From a virus: a stretch of DNA of 64,000 bases. Below are positions 1-11,371 of this stretch, piece by piece (position 1 is the first letter of the stretch; every line of letters begins with the position of its first letter). The notes below the pieces were generated by a model that was not told where the DNA came from, made no database searches, and saw only the letters and a program-made list of their open reading frames with translations. Location of the stretch: positions 32,001-96,000 of the IMG/VR virus record IMGVR_UViG_3300025626_000006; one strand, given 5' to 3'. The position numbers were made by a program, and so were the translations under genes.

Positions 1-3000
1 ATCTGAGCCATCATCACCTTGTAAAGCTACTGCGATTGACATAGTTTTAGCAAGTTGTGTACTTGAACTTACAGCCGTTACTACAATTGAGCCGCTGAAT
101 GGGGTTGTAGCTCCTGTGATTGTTACTGGGTTAGTACCACTTGTTGTATGATGTGTTGAAGAAGTAACACTAAACGTATAATCACTTGTTACATTATTGA
201 TACCTTGATATACAAACATATCAGTACCAGCACCTGCGAATGAGATAATAGCACCTGAGCTACTTAATGGTAATGTGTGTGAATCATTAGTTAAGAAGGC
301 AGATATAGCATCTGAACCATCTGAACCTGGAGTTCCATCACCACCTGGTGTTCCATCGGAACCTGGAGTTCCATCACCACCTGGTGTTCCATCGCCACCT
401 GGTGTTCCATCGCCACCATCTGCTCCACCTTCAACTTTAAATATTTTTACTGCATCGGTTAATCCATCTTTAGTAGCTGAAATAGTGAATGGGAATGCTC
501 CTTTAGTTTGAGCCATACCACCAGTTTGATTATTTCCTGTCCATGTAATACTACCACTTACAATACCCGTACCATTAGATATGTTATTATTATTAAAAGC
601 AAATCCTGTTATTGAAGTACCTTGCGTTGTTGTTATTGATATATCACTACTACCAATAGCACCACTTAAGTTTTGTTGTTGAAAACTAAATATAATATTA
701 AGTGGAGTTGCTGAAGTGTCTGAAGAATCATCAAATGACATTACTTGTGAATCTAAACTACCAATTAATAATTTTGCCGAAGTTCCATCTGAACCATCGT
801 TACCTTGTTGTGATACAGCGAGTGACATTGTTTTTGATATGGAAACGGAAGCACTAGCAGCTGTTAAAACAAGTGAGCCACTAAACGGAGCGTTAGTACT
901 TGTTACTGTTACTGGATTTGTACCACTTGTTGTTATGTAAGATGCTGATGTGTGTGTTATTGTATAATTTGAAGTTCTATCATTTATACCTTCAAATACA
1001 AACATTTCAGTTTGTGCGCCACTTAGTGATATCACATTGCCAGTATTATCAACTGGGATTGTATGTGAATCGTTAGATAAGAATCCACTAATTGCGTCAG
1101 TACCATTTGTTCCATCAGACCCATCAGACCCATCAGACCCATCGGAACCTGGCGTCCCGTCACCACCACCTTCGACTTTAAATACTTTTATTGAATCGGT
1201 TAATCCATCTTTAGTAACAGATATTGTTACAGGTAAAAATCCCTTGGTTTGTTGCATTCCACCTGCGGCTTGCCCACCAACCCACTTCAAACTACCACTA
1301 ACTATACCAGTCCCACTTGATACATCAGCGTTATCAAAATCAAATCCTGTTACTACTGAACCACCATTTCGTGTAATGGTTACGTCACTACTAGCGATAG
1401 TACCACTTAAGTTTTGTTGGTTAATACTGAATATAATATTAGATGGAGTTGCTGAAGTGTCTGAAGAATCATCAAATGCGAATACTTGCGAATCAACACC
1501 AATACTTAATAATTTAGCGGATGTACCATCTCCACCATCATCACCTTGACGTGCTACTGATAATGACATAGTTTTAGCAAGTTGTGTACTTGAACTTACA
1601 GCCGTTAGTATAACCGAACCACTAAATGGAGTTGTAGCTCCTGTGATTGTTACTGGGTTAGTACCACTTGTTGTTATATGAGCTGATGACGTAACGCTTA
1701 ATGTATAATTACTTGTTCTATTAGTTACACCCTCGAATACAAGCATTTCACTACTTGCACCTGCAAATGATATAATTTGATTTGAAGAACTTAATGGAAG
1801 TGTATGTGAGTCATTAGTTAATAATGCTGTTACTGCGTCTACACCATCTGAACCATCTGAACCATCTGAACCTGGAGTTCCATCTGAACCTGGTGTCCCA
1901 TCACCACCTGGTGTTCCATCTGAACCAGCAGTACCACCTTCAACTTTAAATATCGTTAATGAGTCACTTAGTGAATCTTTAGCTGCAGTAATTGTTATTG
2001 GTAAATTTGATTTTTGTCCTGCGGCTCCACCACTGGTTGTACTATTAGCAAATATAATTGAACCACTTACAATACCCGTACCATTAGATACATTAGCATT
2101 ATTAAAACTAAAACCAGCGATTGAACCACCACCAGCCCTTGTTACAGTTATATCACTACTACCAATAGTACCACTTAAGTTTTGTTGTTGAAAGCTAAAC
2201 TCTATTGTGGTTGGTGTTGCTGATGTATCAGCAGTATTATCAAAAGCAAATACTTGTGAATTTAAACTACCAATTAATAATTTAGCAGCAGTACCATCTG
2301 AACCATCGTTACCTTGTTTTGCTTTAGCAAGTGACATTGTCTTAACTAACTGAGTACTTGAACTTACAGCAGTTATAGTTAATGAACCGCTATCATGTCC
2401 CATGCCTGTAATTGTGAACGTTTTTGTTGATTGTGAAAATGTTACATTAGCACTTCCTGTTCCACTAAATGTATATTCAGATGTTTTATTATTAACACCT
2501 TCAAATACTTCCATATCAGTACTACCACCAGTAAAAACTGCAATCGTACCACTTGCATCAGCAGCGAATGTGTGATTTTCGTTTGTTAAGAATGTGGTTA
2601 CAGCATCAACACCATTTGAACCATCAGAGCCATCAGAGCCATCAGAACCTGGAGTTCCATCTCCACCATCTGAACCACCTTCAACTTTGAATACTTTAAC
2701 ATCATCAGAAAGAGAATCTTTAACTACCTCAATTGTTAGTGGTAAATCTGCTTTATTTGTTAGGTCTGTAAATGAAACACTACCACTCAGTTGACCACTA
2801 CCACCTGATACAACCCCACCTAATGATGGCGTAGTAATTGTACCACCACCAGCTTTAGTAATTGTAATATTACCAGTACCAACTGCACCACTTAGGTTTT
2901 GTTGGGATATAGTAAATACAATAGAGCTTGGAGTAGATGTATTATCTGAAGAGTCGTCAAAAGCAAATACTTGTGAATCTGTTGCTATTGTAAGTATTTT

Positions 3001-5230
3001 TGCGTTAGAACCATTTAGACCAGCCGTACCTTGTTTAGATTTGGCAAGTGACATGGTTTTAGTAAGTTGAACACTTGAGCTAACAGCCGTTATTGTTAGT
3101 GAGCCACTATCATGACCCATTCCAGTAAGGGTAAATGTTTTTCCACTTTGAGTAAATGTTACATTAGCACTTCCTGTTCCACTATATGTGTAAACTGAAG
3201 ACTTACTTGTTATACCTTCAAATACCTCAATGTCAGTTGAGCCGCCAGCGAAACTAGCAATTGTGCCAGTTGCATCAGCAGCAAAGGTATGAGATTCGTT
3301 TGTTAAAAAAGCAGTTACTGCATCTGACCCATCGGAACCTGGCGTTCCATCGCTACCATCGCTACCATCACTACCATCTGAGCCGCCTGTTCCACCCTCT
3401 ATTTTAAATATTTTTATTGAGTCACTTAAACCATCTTTAGTTACTACGACATCTAATGGTAATTTTGTTTTTGTAGCACTAACAGTTCCACTAAATGTAA
3501 TACTACCACTAACTTGACCACTTCCATCTGTAACATCTTGTTGTAATGTTGGGTCACTCAGTACATTATTCTGTGCATCGGTAATTGTTAAATCACCCGT
3601 ACCAATTGTACCACTTAGGTTTTGTTGATTAATGATTAATAAAATATCATTATCAATTGCTGTGTTACTTGAAGCACTTGCAAATGCAAATACTTGAGAG
3701 TCTGACGTTAAGGTTAGTACTTGAGCATCAGACCCAGCGAGTCCATCTGTTCCTTGTTTAGATTTAGCAAGTGACATTGTTTTAGCAAGCTGTGTACTTG
3801 AACTCACTGCTGTAATTGTTAACGAACCACTATCGTGACTCATTGAACTTATAGTAAACGTATTGGTAGATTGGCTAAAACCAACACCACTACTAGCGGT
3901 AGCACTAAAGGAGTATTCTGATGTTGAGTTTGTAACTCCTTCAAATACTTCCATGTCAGTTGAACCACCAGCGAATGATACTATGTTTCCATTACTTAGT
4001 GATGCAAATATATGACTTTCATTTGTTAAGAAAGTAGTTACAGCATCCGTACCATCAGAACCCGGCGTTCCATCAGAACCATCAGAACCATCAGAGCCAC
4101 CTGTTCCACCTTCTACTTTAAAAAGTGTTATGGTATCAGTCAAAGAATCTTTTGTTGCTGATATAGTTACTGGTAAATTACTTTTTGTAGAATTTAAACC
4201 ACCACTATTTAATGCGCCTGAAAATGTTATACTACCACTTACGATACCACTACCAGCCGATACATTAGTGTTATTAAGACTAAACCCAGTTACGTTTCCA
4301 CCAGCAGAAGAAATTGTAATATCACTACTATCAATAGTACCACTTAAGTTTTGTTGATTAAATGAGAATATTATATTAGATGGGGTTGATGTATTACTCG
4401 AAGCACTAGCAAAGGCAAATACTTGTGAGTTAGCACTTGCTATTAATGATTTAGCGCTACTACCATCTAACCCTGCATTTCCATCAGTACCCGGAGTACC
4501 ATCTGTACCATCTGTACCATCTGTTCCATCTATACCTTCTTTTGATTTAGCAAGTGACATTGTTTTAACTAATTGAACGCTTGAACTTACAGCCGTTATA
4601 GTTAATGAGCCACTATCGTGGGCGAATGATGTTATGCTAAAAGTTTTGGTACTTTGATTAAAACCTACACCAGCTGAACCTGTACCACTAAATGTATATT
4701 GTGAAGATTTATTTGTTATACCTTCAAATACCTCAATGTCGGTAGCTCCACCTACAAAACTTGATACTACACCAGTAGCACTTGCGGCAAATGTATGACT
4801 CTCGTTTGTTAAGAAAGCAGTTACTGCGTCAGTACCATCGGAACCTGGTGTTCCATCTGACCCGTCTGAACCATCTCCACCTGGTGACCCACCCGTACCA
4901 CCTTCTACTTTAAATATTGTTGTAGAATCGGTTAATGAATTTTTAGAAACTGAAATTGTTAGTGGTAAATCTGCCTTATTTGTTAAAGATGAGAATGCCA
5001 CACTACCACTTAATTGGCCGCTACCATTTGAAATAACACCATTGATTGCTGGGGTTGTAAATATACCACCACCAGCTTTAGTAATTGTAATATCAGATTG
5101 TGCGACTGCGCCACTTAGGTTTTGTTGAGATACAGTAAATACAATAGAGCTTGGGGTAGATGTATTGTCTGAAGCGCTATCAAATGCGAATACTTGTGAA
5201 TCTGTTGTAATAGATAATGCTCTAGCCGTA
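1..5230 (-). repeat. About 7 tandem coding repeats of ~720-790 nt within the tail fibre gene
   Basis: Motifs recur once per unit: SQVFAFD, QQNLSG (~665, 1405, 2175, 2890, 3612, 4342, 5112), FKVEGG, AFLTNESHT, VFEG and KTMS. Confidence 0.9.
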
Positions 5231-8178
5231 TTTGAACCAGTAGCTTCTGCTAATACTGATGCAGTAGCTTCGTTAATAGCATCCTCAACGGATTGTCCAC
5301 CCGGTGTTCCATTTTCTATTCTAATCTGACCTCTTACAGTTAAAGATGACCCATCCCAAGTTAATTTTTCTCCTAAAGAAAAGTTACTTGCTGAGTCTAA
5401 ATAGAATCCTGTATTAGTGTTACTATGTACACCCTGTCCGATAAATAATTTACCAGCGTCCATTTTTATTCCACCAATCGAACCTGTGTTTGCTATGATA
5501 CCACCTTGGAGAAACACATTATCGGTCATTAATCCAAAACCTGGATTTGAGTTACCGAATACATAAGATGAATCTGCTAACCCACTTAAATCACCCAATC
5601 TTACTTTTAGAGCTACGTCATATAAACCACTACCTGTTCTTTCAACAATATCGATATATGGAGTTGCCGTATCATTTGGATTGGCGTTCATTTTAATGTA
5701 ACCAGTATTTAATTTACCAGTAGAAACAATGACTTGGCCATCTTCGTATGCTTGAGCCGCTGAAGATAGGTCACCCACAAAGTCTCCTGAAGAACCACTT
5801 CCATAAGCTCTCTGAACGTATATTCTACCATGAGTTTCGTCCTCATTAGAATTATCACCATCTACTGATGCTGATTGTAATAAGATGTATTCTGTTTGGA
5901 ATCCAGTGTTATCTACTTTTTTAGCTAAAAGTATTTCACCTTGTGAGAATCCACTAGCATTCTTTACAGACATTGTAGTTTCAGTTGATGTGACCGAACC
6001 TGTTATTGTTGTTGAGTTAGCTACCCATAATTGTCCACCAACGGCGTTTACCGATTCTTTTTCAAATGTAGTTGTTCTTAATGTACCTCTAATTCGTACA
6101 TTTTCAAATTCAGCAGTTCCATTTCCTTCAGATGAAATCTTCCATCCTTTTAATCCACTTGCAAAATCTCTGGTTTGTAAAATACCTTGAGGTTTCATTA
6201 TTAGGTTACCACCTTCAATAGAACCTGTTGTTATATCCCACCCACCTATTGATGCTGATACAAATTTAGCAAAACCACCCGCGTCAATAGAAGATGAAGC
6301 ATTTGCTTGTGTAGATGGGCTTCCATTAATTACGGCAGGAGTTCGGATATTATCTGTTGTTAAACTACCTAAAATAGTAGCATCAGCGCCAATAGTTAAA
6401 CTACCAGCTCCACTATTTGCTTTAGGGTCTAAGTGAAATAAAGATGAGCTGATTTCAATGTTACCACCAGAGCCACTCATAAACTGACTGCCAGGTGTAC
6501 CTATAAAAAACTTCTCAGCCTTTATATCTAATGTACCACTTCCTGATGTTGTGAAGATAAGGTGACTATTATCGTTATCACCAATGAATTGCATACCAAC
6601 TCCATCAAGTTGGTCAACCCCTACTGCTAAATTTCCACTACCAGAATATATTATGAATCCACCAGGACCTTTTCCCAATGAAGCTGATGTTAGTCCTTCA
6701 AATCCTACTGACCGTACGAAACCACTACTCGCACCACCAAGTTCAATACCACTACCTAATGCGTTTGATATAAAAATAGAACCTGTTATCAATGAACCTT
6801 TACCACCAATAAATGTATTTGCGGCGGGGAATACTACATCATCTATTAATATAAATGTTTTAGAAATTACCGATTCAGAATTTAAGAATTCTATTTTAAT
6901 TGTTTTTGGGTCACCAATATGATTTGTTGGGATTAAAACATCATATGTTATATTTTCAGTTCCATTTACAGTTGTTGATGATAATATTTCAAAATCACTT
7001 GGAACACCTTTAGATTTTATAGAAGTTTGTATAGTAACAACTTCACCAATAGAAGGTTTCAATGATGGTATTGTAAAACTACCAATTGAATTTAAATTTT
7101 CAGTTGTTGAATTTGATGCTGATGAAAAGTATTCAATTTCTGCTGGTATGTCAGCATAATCTGAGTATTTGTAAACGTGGTCTTTACTACCCGTTATTTT
7201 ATCTTTTATTTTTACAATACTACCATTCGTCAGACCTGTTATACTTGAAGTAAATGATGTTGGTTGTGCGAATGTTGGGCTGTCTTGTAATGGATACAAT
7301 GTAATGTTAGATAAGTCTAATCTAACTTCTGCCTTACCATTAAGCATTTCACCATTAAATTGACCACTTGATTGAAGTGATACGTCATTTCCAAAGTTAG
7401 ATGCATTATACTTAACATTAAAACTATCAGTTCTTAATGCCAGTTTAGTATCTATTCCTAATAATAATGGGTCATTACCCGTTACCATTTGGAAGTTAGT
7501 AAATGGTCGTAAACTAGCTGAAACAGTAGCTGTTGGTATTTGTGGTGCTTCGAACTCAAGAATAGCTGCCGAAGCGTCTTCAATAACAACTGGTATTTTT
7601 GTTGACCATTTTACAATTTTACCTGGTAGGGGTTTATTTTTTAATCGTCTACCAACACCACGTCCTGAACCTGAACCCCTACGTCTTAATAAAGGGGATT
7701 CATCATCTAAACTAATATCTCGTGATATATTAGATGGTAAAGCCTTTGACTCATTGTACCCACGACCTCGACCACTTCCACTACTACCACGCGCTGGAAC
7801 ATTACTTTGTACATTATTTTTAGCAGTACCTATAATTGTAATAGTCGCAGTACCTGGTGCTGTATTTTCTTTTGGATTTTCTCTATCGTTATATACCCAT
7901 ATTGTAATTACACGAGACCCATCGGAATATGTCTTATTTGGGATTTCGTAATATATAGGATTTCCAGCCGAATCTAATACTTCAACTTGAATTTGACTAT
8001 TGGGTTGTAATAAGTTTTTATTAGACCCAACTATTCTCATGGAATTTTTACCATACCCAAGATATGGTGGTAAATCCACAATATTAAAAAAATCAGATGA
8101 AGTTGCCGAATCATCAATGATGTCGGGCTTTATCTTATCAAGCTTTTGCTTAAATCGTTTTCTGTACTCTAATGCCAT
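1..8178 (-). CDS. Giant repetitive tail fibre / adhesin-like virion protein (>=2726 aa, runs off the window edge)
   Basis: ATG at 8178 (MALEYRKRFKQKLDK...). The same frame reads ...LAKTMSIAVALQGDDGSD at nt 1-54. It is absent from the ORF track, consistent with no stop inside the window. The C-terminal part has about 7 tandem units of ~240-265 aa with G-S-D/G-T-D/G-T-P collagen-like linkers. Confidence 0.85.
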   Translation of the reverse strand, partial: MALEYRKRFKQKLDKIKPDIIDDSATSSDFFNIVDLPPYLGYGKNSMRIVGSNKNLLQPNSQIQVEVLDSAGNPIYYEIPNKTYSDGSRVITIWVYNDRENPKENTAPGTATITIIGTAKNNVQSNVPARGSSGSGRGRGYNESKALPSNISRDISLDDESPLLRRRGSGSGRGVGRRLKNKPLPGKIVKWSTKIPVVIEDASAAILEFEAPQIPTATVSASLRPFTNFQMVTGNDPLLLGIDTKLALRTDSFNVKYNASNFGNDVSLQSSGQFNGEMLNGKAEVRLDLSNITLYPLQDSPTFAQPTSFTSSITGLTNGSIVKIKDKITGSKDHVYKYSDYADIPAEIEYFSSASNSTTENLNSIGSFTIPSLKPSIGEVVTIQTSIKSKGVPSDFEILSSTTVNGTENITYDVLIPTNHIGDPKTIKIEFLNSESVISKTFILIDDVVFPAANTFIGGKGSLITGSIFISNALGSGIELGGASSGFVRSVGFEGLTSASLGKGPGGFIIYSGSGNLAVGVDQLDGVGMQFIGDNDNSHLIFTTSGSGTLDIKAEKFFIGTPGSQFMSGSGGNIEISSSLFHLDPKANSGAGSLTIGADATILGSLTTDNIRTPAVINGSPSTQANASSSIDAGGFAKFVSASIGGWDITTGSIEGGNLIMKPQGILQTRDFASGLKGWKISSEGNGTAEFENVRIRGTLRTTTFEKESVNAVGGQLWVANSTTITGSVTSTETTMSVKNASGFSQGEILLAKKVDNTGFQTEYILLQSASVDGDNSNEDETHGRIYVQRAYGSGSSGDFVGDLSSAAQAYEDGQVIVSTGKLNTGYIKMNANPNDTATPYIDIVERTGSGLYDVALKVRLGDLSGLADSSYVFGNSNPGFGLMTDNVFLQGGIIANTGSIGGIKMDAGKLFIGQGVHSNTNTGFYLDSASNFSLGEKLTWDGSSLTVRGQIRIENGTPGGQSVEDAINEATASVLAEATGSNTARALSITTDSQVFAFDSASDNTSTPSSIVFTVSQQNLSGAVAQSDITITKAGGGIFTTPAINGVISNGSGQLSGSVAFSSLTNKADLPLTISVSKNSLTDSTTIFKVEGGTGGSPGGDGSDGSDGTPGSDGTDAVTAFLTNESHTFAASATGVVSSFVGGATDIEVFEGITNKSSQYTFSGTGSAGVGFNQSTKTFSITSFAHDSGSLTITAVSSSVQLVKTMSLAKSKEGIDGTDGTDGTDGTPGTDGNAGLDGSSAKSLIASANSQVFAFASASSNTSTPSNIIFSFNQQNLSGTIDSSDITISSAGGNVTGFSLNNTNVSAGSGIVSGSITFSGALNSGGLNSTKSNLPVTISATKDSLTDTITLFKVEGGTGGSDGSDGSDGTPGSDGTDAVTTFLTNESHIFASLSNGNIVSFAGGSTDMEVFEGVTNSTSEYSFSATASSGVGFSQSTNTFTISSMSHDSGSLTITAVSSSTQLAKTMSLAKSKQGTDGLAGSDAQVLTLTSDSQVFAFASASSNTAIDNDILLIINQQNLSGTIGTGDLTITDAQNNVLSDPTLQQDVTDGSGQVSGSITFSGTVSATKTKLPLDVVVTKDGLSDSIKIFKIEGGTGGSDGSDGSDGSDGTPGSDGSDAVTAFLTNESHTFAADATGTIASFAGGSTDIEVFEGITSKSSVYTYSGTGSANVTFTQSGKTFTLTGMGHDSGSLTITAVSSSVQLTKTMSLAKSKQGTAGLNGSNAKILTIATDSQVFAFDDSSDNTSTPSSIVFTISQQNLSGAVGTGNITITKAGGGTITTPSLGGVVSGGSGQLSGSVSFTDLTNKADLPLTIEVVKDSLSDDVKVFKVEGGSDGGDGTPGSDGSDGSDGSNGVDAVTTFLTNENHTFAADASGTIAVFTGGSTDMEVFEGVNNKTSEYTFSGTGSANVTFSQSTKTFTITGMGHDSGSLTITAVSSSTQLVKTMSLAKAKQGNDGSDGTAAKLLIGSLNSQVFAFDNTADTSATPTTIEFSFQQQNLSGTIGSSDITVTRAGGGSIAGFSFNNANVSNGTGIVSGSIIFANSTTSGGAAGQKSNLPITITAAKDSLSDSLTIFKVEGGTAGSDGTPGGDGTPGSDGTPGSDGSDGSDGVDAVTALLTNDSHTLPLSSSNQIISFAGASSEMLVFEGVTNRTSNYTLSVTSSAHITTSGTNPVTITGATTPFSGSVILTAVSSSTQLAKTMSLSVARQGDDGGDGTSAKLLSIGVDSQVFAFDDSSDTSATPSNIIFSINQQNLSGTIASSDVTITRNGGSVVTGFDFDNADVSSGTGIVSGSLKWVGGQAAGGMQQTKGFLPVTISVTKDGLTDSIKVFKVEGGGDGTPGSDGSDGSDGSDGTNGTDAISGFLSNDSHTIPVDNTGNVISLSGAQTEMFVFEGINDRTSNYTITHTSASYITTSGTNPVTVTSTNAPFSGSLVLTAASASVSISKTMSLAVSQQGNDGSDGTSAKLLIGSLDSQVMSFDDSSDTSATPLNIIFSFQQQNLSGAIGSSDISITTTQGTSITGFAFNNNNISNGTGIVSGSITWTGNNQTGGMAQTKGAFPFTISATKDGLTDAVKIFKVEGGADGGDGTPGGDGTPGGDGTPGSDGTPGGDGTPGSDGSDAISAFLTNDSHTLPLSSSGAIISFAGAGTDMFVYQGINNVTSDYTFSVTSSTHHTTSGTNPVTITGATTPFSGSIVVTAVSSSTQLAKTMSIAVALQGDDGSD

Positions 8179-8200
8179 TCATAGACTCCGTAATATGTAA

Positions 8201-11200
8201 CTATAAATATGAAACTTTTGAGAACCCCTTCACTTTACTGATATCTATTATCTGGTCGACCATATCTCGGGTCTTATCGATGTGTGAAATCGTGATAATA
8301 AAATCAAATTGTGTCTTAAGGTAATCAAATAATAAATATAGTGAATTAAAGTTATCCGTATCTAATGAACCAAATCCCTCGTCAATGGCGATAAAATTAG
8401 GTCTTGGTAGGTTAGATACATTAATTAATGCCGTTCTAATTGCAATTGATGAAATGAACTTCTCCATACCACTTGTTAATTCAAGAGGCCAAAACTCATC
8501 AGTTCCATATGCTATATATGAATTAATGTTTTTTCCATCAGTATTTAATAATACTTGAAAATCAACTATTGGTGATAGGATGTTGTTTATTTCTATTTCT
8601 AATTTTGGTAGTACTTCAGATATTAATTGGTATGGTATCCCATCTCTTCGTACACATTTTATGTAATATTCATATCCATTATATTTGAGTTCCATACCCT
8701 TTAGCTTTTCAATTGACTCGTTTACTTGTTTAATTGAATTTTCAGCTAATTTAATTTCAGAGTTCACGTCTACAATCTCATTGTTCAATGTGGATAGTTT
8801 CTCACGAATCATCTCTCGTGTGTCTTTAAAAGATTTTATCTTTTCGTTTAACAACTTATTATGCTCAACTGCTTGTTCTTGCTTTTTAGCTTGTTCAAGT
8901 TTTTGTTTTAAATCTTTTATATCTGAATCGTATTCTCTCACTTGAGACATACATTTATCATATACAAACGTAGCACTTACCCAATCCTTCTCTAATAACG
9001 TTAGCTCAGAAGATAGTTCTTCATATTCTAATAATTCCTTTTTAACATTAAATGTACGTCTTTCATCTAATAAGGATGTTTTGTCATTTAGCAATTTAGA
9101 GTATTGTTTTTGAGATGCTTCAATGTCTCTTTGTAACTCTATTCCTTTTTTAGCAAAAGGAGTGTTTTGATTCTTTACACAATGTTCACATTCATCATCG
9201 AATGATAATTGACCAATTCCTTCTAAATGAGATTTGTTGTGAGATATATCCAATTCAAGTGTTTGAAGCTTGGATTGAACTTCGTTAAACTTAGTATCTA
9301 ATTGTAAAAACTTTTTATTTGTTTCTTTTAAAGCTTTTATATCTAACTCTTTAAGTTTTGTTTCTACATCTGATTTAGATATCTCTATACTTTTTAATTG
9401 AGATAAATTAAAGGTACACTCTTTGTCTTGTGTTGTACGAAGGATATTTATATCTTTTAATGAAGATTCCAATTCATCAATATCACCAACATCTTCAGTT
9501 GCTTTTAAGTCCCTCATTTGAAATTCAATCTTAGTATTAGTGTTTTCTAATTTAAGATTTAAATCGTCTTTTTTAATATTTAAAGAATCAAGTGAACCTG
9601 TTATACTTGTTAGTGTTTGCTCTGCGTCTATTAACTTTGTAGGAAAATCTTGTTTCTTGTAATCCTTTAGTAACGTATTTAGTTCTCTAAATTCTTCACT
9701 AGCTATTTGATATAAGTCTTCAAACACATCCATATCTAAAAACTGAGCTAATAATTCTTTTCGTTCCTTTTGGGTTTTTTCTATAAATCCGCTACTATTA
9801 GATTGAGTTGACATTGCTGTTAAAACAAAATCTTCATATGTTCCAATATATTCACGAATGTTAGAATTAGTCTCTCTTCTTTGCTCTCCATTAAGAGACT
9901 CCTTTTGCCCATCTACCATACGATAGAATTCTACATCAACTTTTACAGTTCCCCTCTTAGGACTCTTCTTAGCGTGTCTCTCGATAAAGTATTGAATATT
10001 ATTTAATTCAAATTGGAATTTACAATCAAAACCCATCTTAGAATAATTTAAAACATCTTCAGCTCTGATTGTTCTTGAACATTTATCAAACATACAAAAT
10101 GATAGAGCATCCCAAAGTGTAGACTTACCACTAGCGTTTGGCGCAAATATTCCATAAGCCCCTTTCATATTAGTGAAGTCAATTACATTATTGTTTCCAT
10201 ATGAAAACATATTTGAAAATTCAAAACGTCTTGGAATCCAAGTTGAATTACTAATAACGTTATGTTTACCAAGTTTGTCGTTTAGGTTATTATTAATCTG
10301 AGTTACAACACTTAATTGTTCTTGGGTTAAATGGTCGGTCTCTTCTAAGTATTCACTAATAAGTTTATTTTGAAAACCAGTATCTCTTACGTTTTGTAAA
10401 ATAATTGATTGATGTTCAATATCACGTTTACGAGTAAGTACTTTTTGAACTGTAAGCTCTTGTACTTTACGACCTTTTTTAATATCTACTATTAGCTTAT
10501 TAAGCTGAGAAGCTTTTGTGTCTTTTACTCGTACTCGTATTCTTGGTTTATTAGGTATGGGGTTATCTGATACTATTTTACCATTCTCGATATCAATAGT
10601 AACGTAACCATAATCGTTGTGTATTTGAACAAACTCACTTGTTAAGGTTTCCATATCCCATACTAATATACCATGATTTGGATATTTAGCTTCACCATGA
10701 TTTTGAACAACGAGAGACCCAGGATACTTTATATGCTCGTTACCCATGACTGGGTTGTTTGGTTTATGAATATCACCTAACAATACTAAATCAAAGTTTG
10801 TAAAGTCACCTACTTTAACATTTTGGTTTTGAATAACAAACCCATGCTCTGTTTCTATATTATCGACAGGCCCATGAAACATTCCAATACGACCCTTGTT
10901 CTTTTTATATCCAGTAGCTTTAGGGAATCCAACTGTGGTGTCCCATATTGACTTATGTATAAAAGTATAACCACCAATACCAAAACCACCCGTATCTTTT
11001 ATATAGTGTAGGTTTTTATGTGATAATGCGTTGATGATTGGGCTAAGTGCGTCTAATCTTGATGTATTATTTAAGTTAGCGTCATGGTTACCAGGAATTA
11101 CAATTGTTGGTAATAAGTCAGCTAATCGAGTAAAGAACTCTTGTGTTAAATCAACTACTTCTGGAGACATATCCGTTTTTGCGTGAACAATATCACCTGC

Positions 11201-11371
11201 AATGTAAATGATGTCATTTTCCCTCATTGTGGTCAGAATATAACCATAAAGTTGGGAAAAGACCTCACGATACTCAGAGTGTCTTTTTAAATTTCTAATA
11301 TGTACATCGGCTATATGGTAAATCTTACCAATATTTTCAACACCGACATCAATGTACTTTATTTTTTTCAT
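8201..11371 (-). CDS. Fused SbcD/Mre11 nuclease and SbcC/Rad50 ATPase (T4 gp47-gp46-like)
   Basis: N-terminal metallophosphoesterase motifs (ADVH, GDIVH, GNHD, GDIH). Walker A APNASGKST, coiled coil with CEHC zinc hook, signature TSGMEK, Walker B IAIDEGFGSLD. Confidence 0.92.
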   Translation of the reverse strand: MKKIKYIDVGVENIGKIYHIADVHIRNLKRHSEYREVFSQLYGYILTTMRENDIIYIAGDIVHAKTDMSPEVVDLTQEFFTRLADLLPTIVIPGNHDANLNNTSRLDALSPIINALSHKNLHYIKDTGGFGIGGYTFIHKSIWDTTVGFPKATGYKKNKGRIGMFHGPVDNIETEHGFVIQNQNVKVGDFTNFDLVLLGDIHKPNNPVMGNEHIKYPGSLVVQNHGEAKYPNHGILVWDMETLTSEFVQIHNDYGYVTIDIENGKIVSDNPIPNKPRIRVRVKDTKASQLNKLIVDIKKGRKVQELTVQKVLTRKRDIEHQSIILQNVRDTGFQNKLISEYLEETDHLTQEQLSVVTQINNNLNDKLGKHNVISNSTWIPRRFEFSNMFSYGNNNVIDFTNMKGAYGIFAPNASGKSTLWDALSFCMFDKCSRTIRAEDVLNYSKMGFDCKFQFELNNIQYFIERHAKKSPKRGTVKVDVEFYRMVDGQKESLNGEQRRETNSNIREYIGTYEDFVLTAMSTQSNSSGFIEKTQKERKELLAQFLDMDVFEDLYQIASEEFRELNTLLKDYKKQDFPTKLIDAEQTLTSITGSLDSLNIKKDDLNLKLENTNTKIEFQMRDLKATEDVGDIDELESSLKDINILRTTQDKECTFNLSQLKSIEISKSDVETKLKELDIKALKETNKKFLQLDTKFNEVQSKLQTLELDISHNKSHLEGIGQLSFDDECEHCVKNQNTPFAKKGIELQRDIEASQKQYSKLLNDKTSLLDERRTFNVKKELLEYEELSSELTLLEKDWVSATFVYDKCMSQVREYDSDIKDLKQKLEQAKKQEQAVEHNKLLNEKIKSFKDTREMIREKLSTLNNEIVDVNSEIKLAENSIKQVNESIEKLKGMELKYNGYEYYIKCVRRDGIPYQLISEVLPKLEIEINNILSPIVDFQVLLNTDGKNINSYIAYGTDEFWPLELTSGMEKFISSIAIRTALINVSNLPRPNFIAIDEGFGSLDTDNFNSLYLLFDYLKTQFDFIITISHIDKTRDMVDQIIDISKVKGFSKVSYL

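Noticed and set aside
1-5230. CRISPR array or diversity-generating retroelement in the repeats
   Set aside because: The repeats are in-frame, codon-degenerate coding units without a constant repeat-spacer pattern. No reverse transcriptase or adenine-specific TR/VR pair was seen.
275-8200. Plus-strand ORFs with PSEPGVP repeats (275..511, 1037..1549, 2594..2794 and others)
   Set aside because: They are antisense shadows of the GSD/GTP linkers of the giant minus-strand fibre gene.
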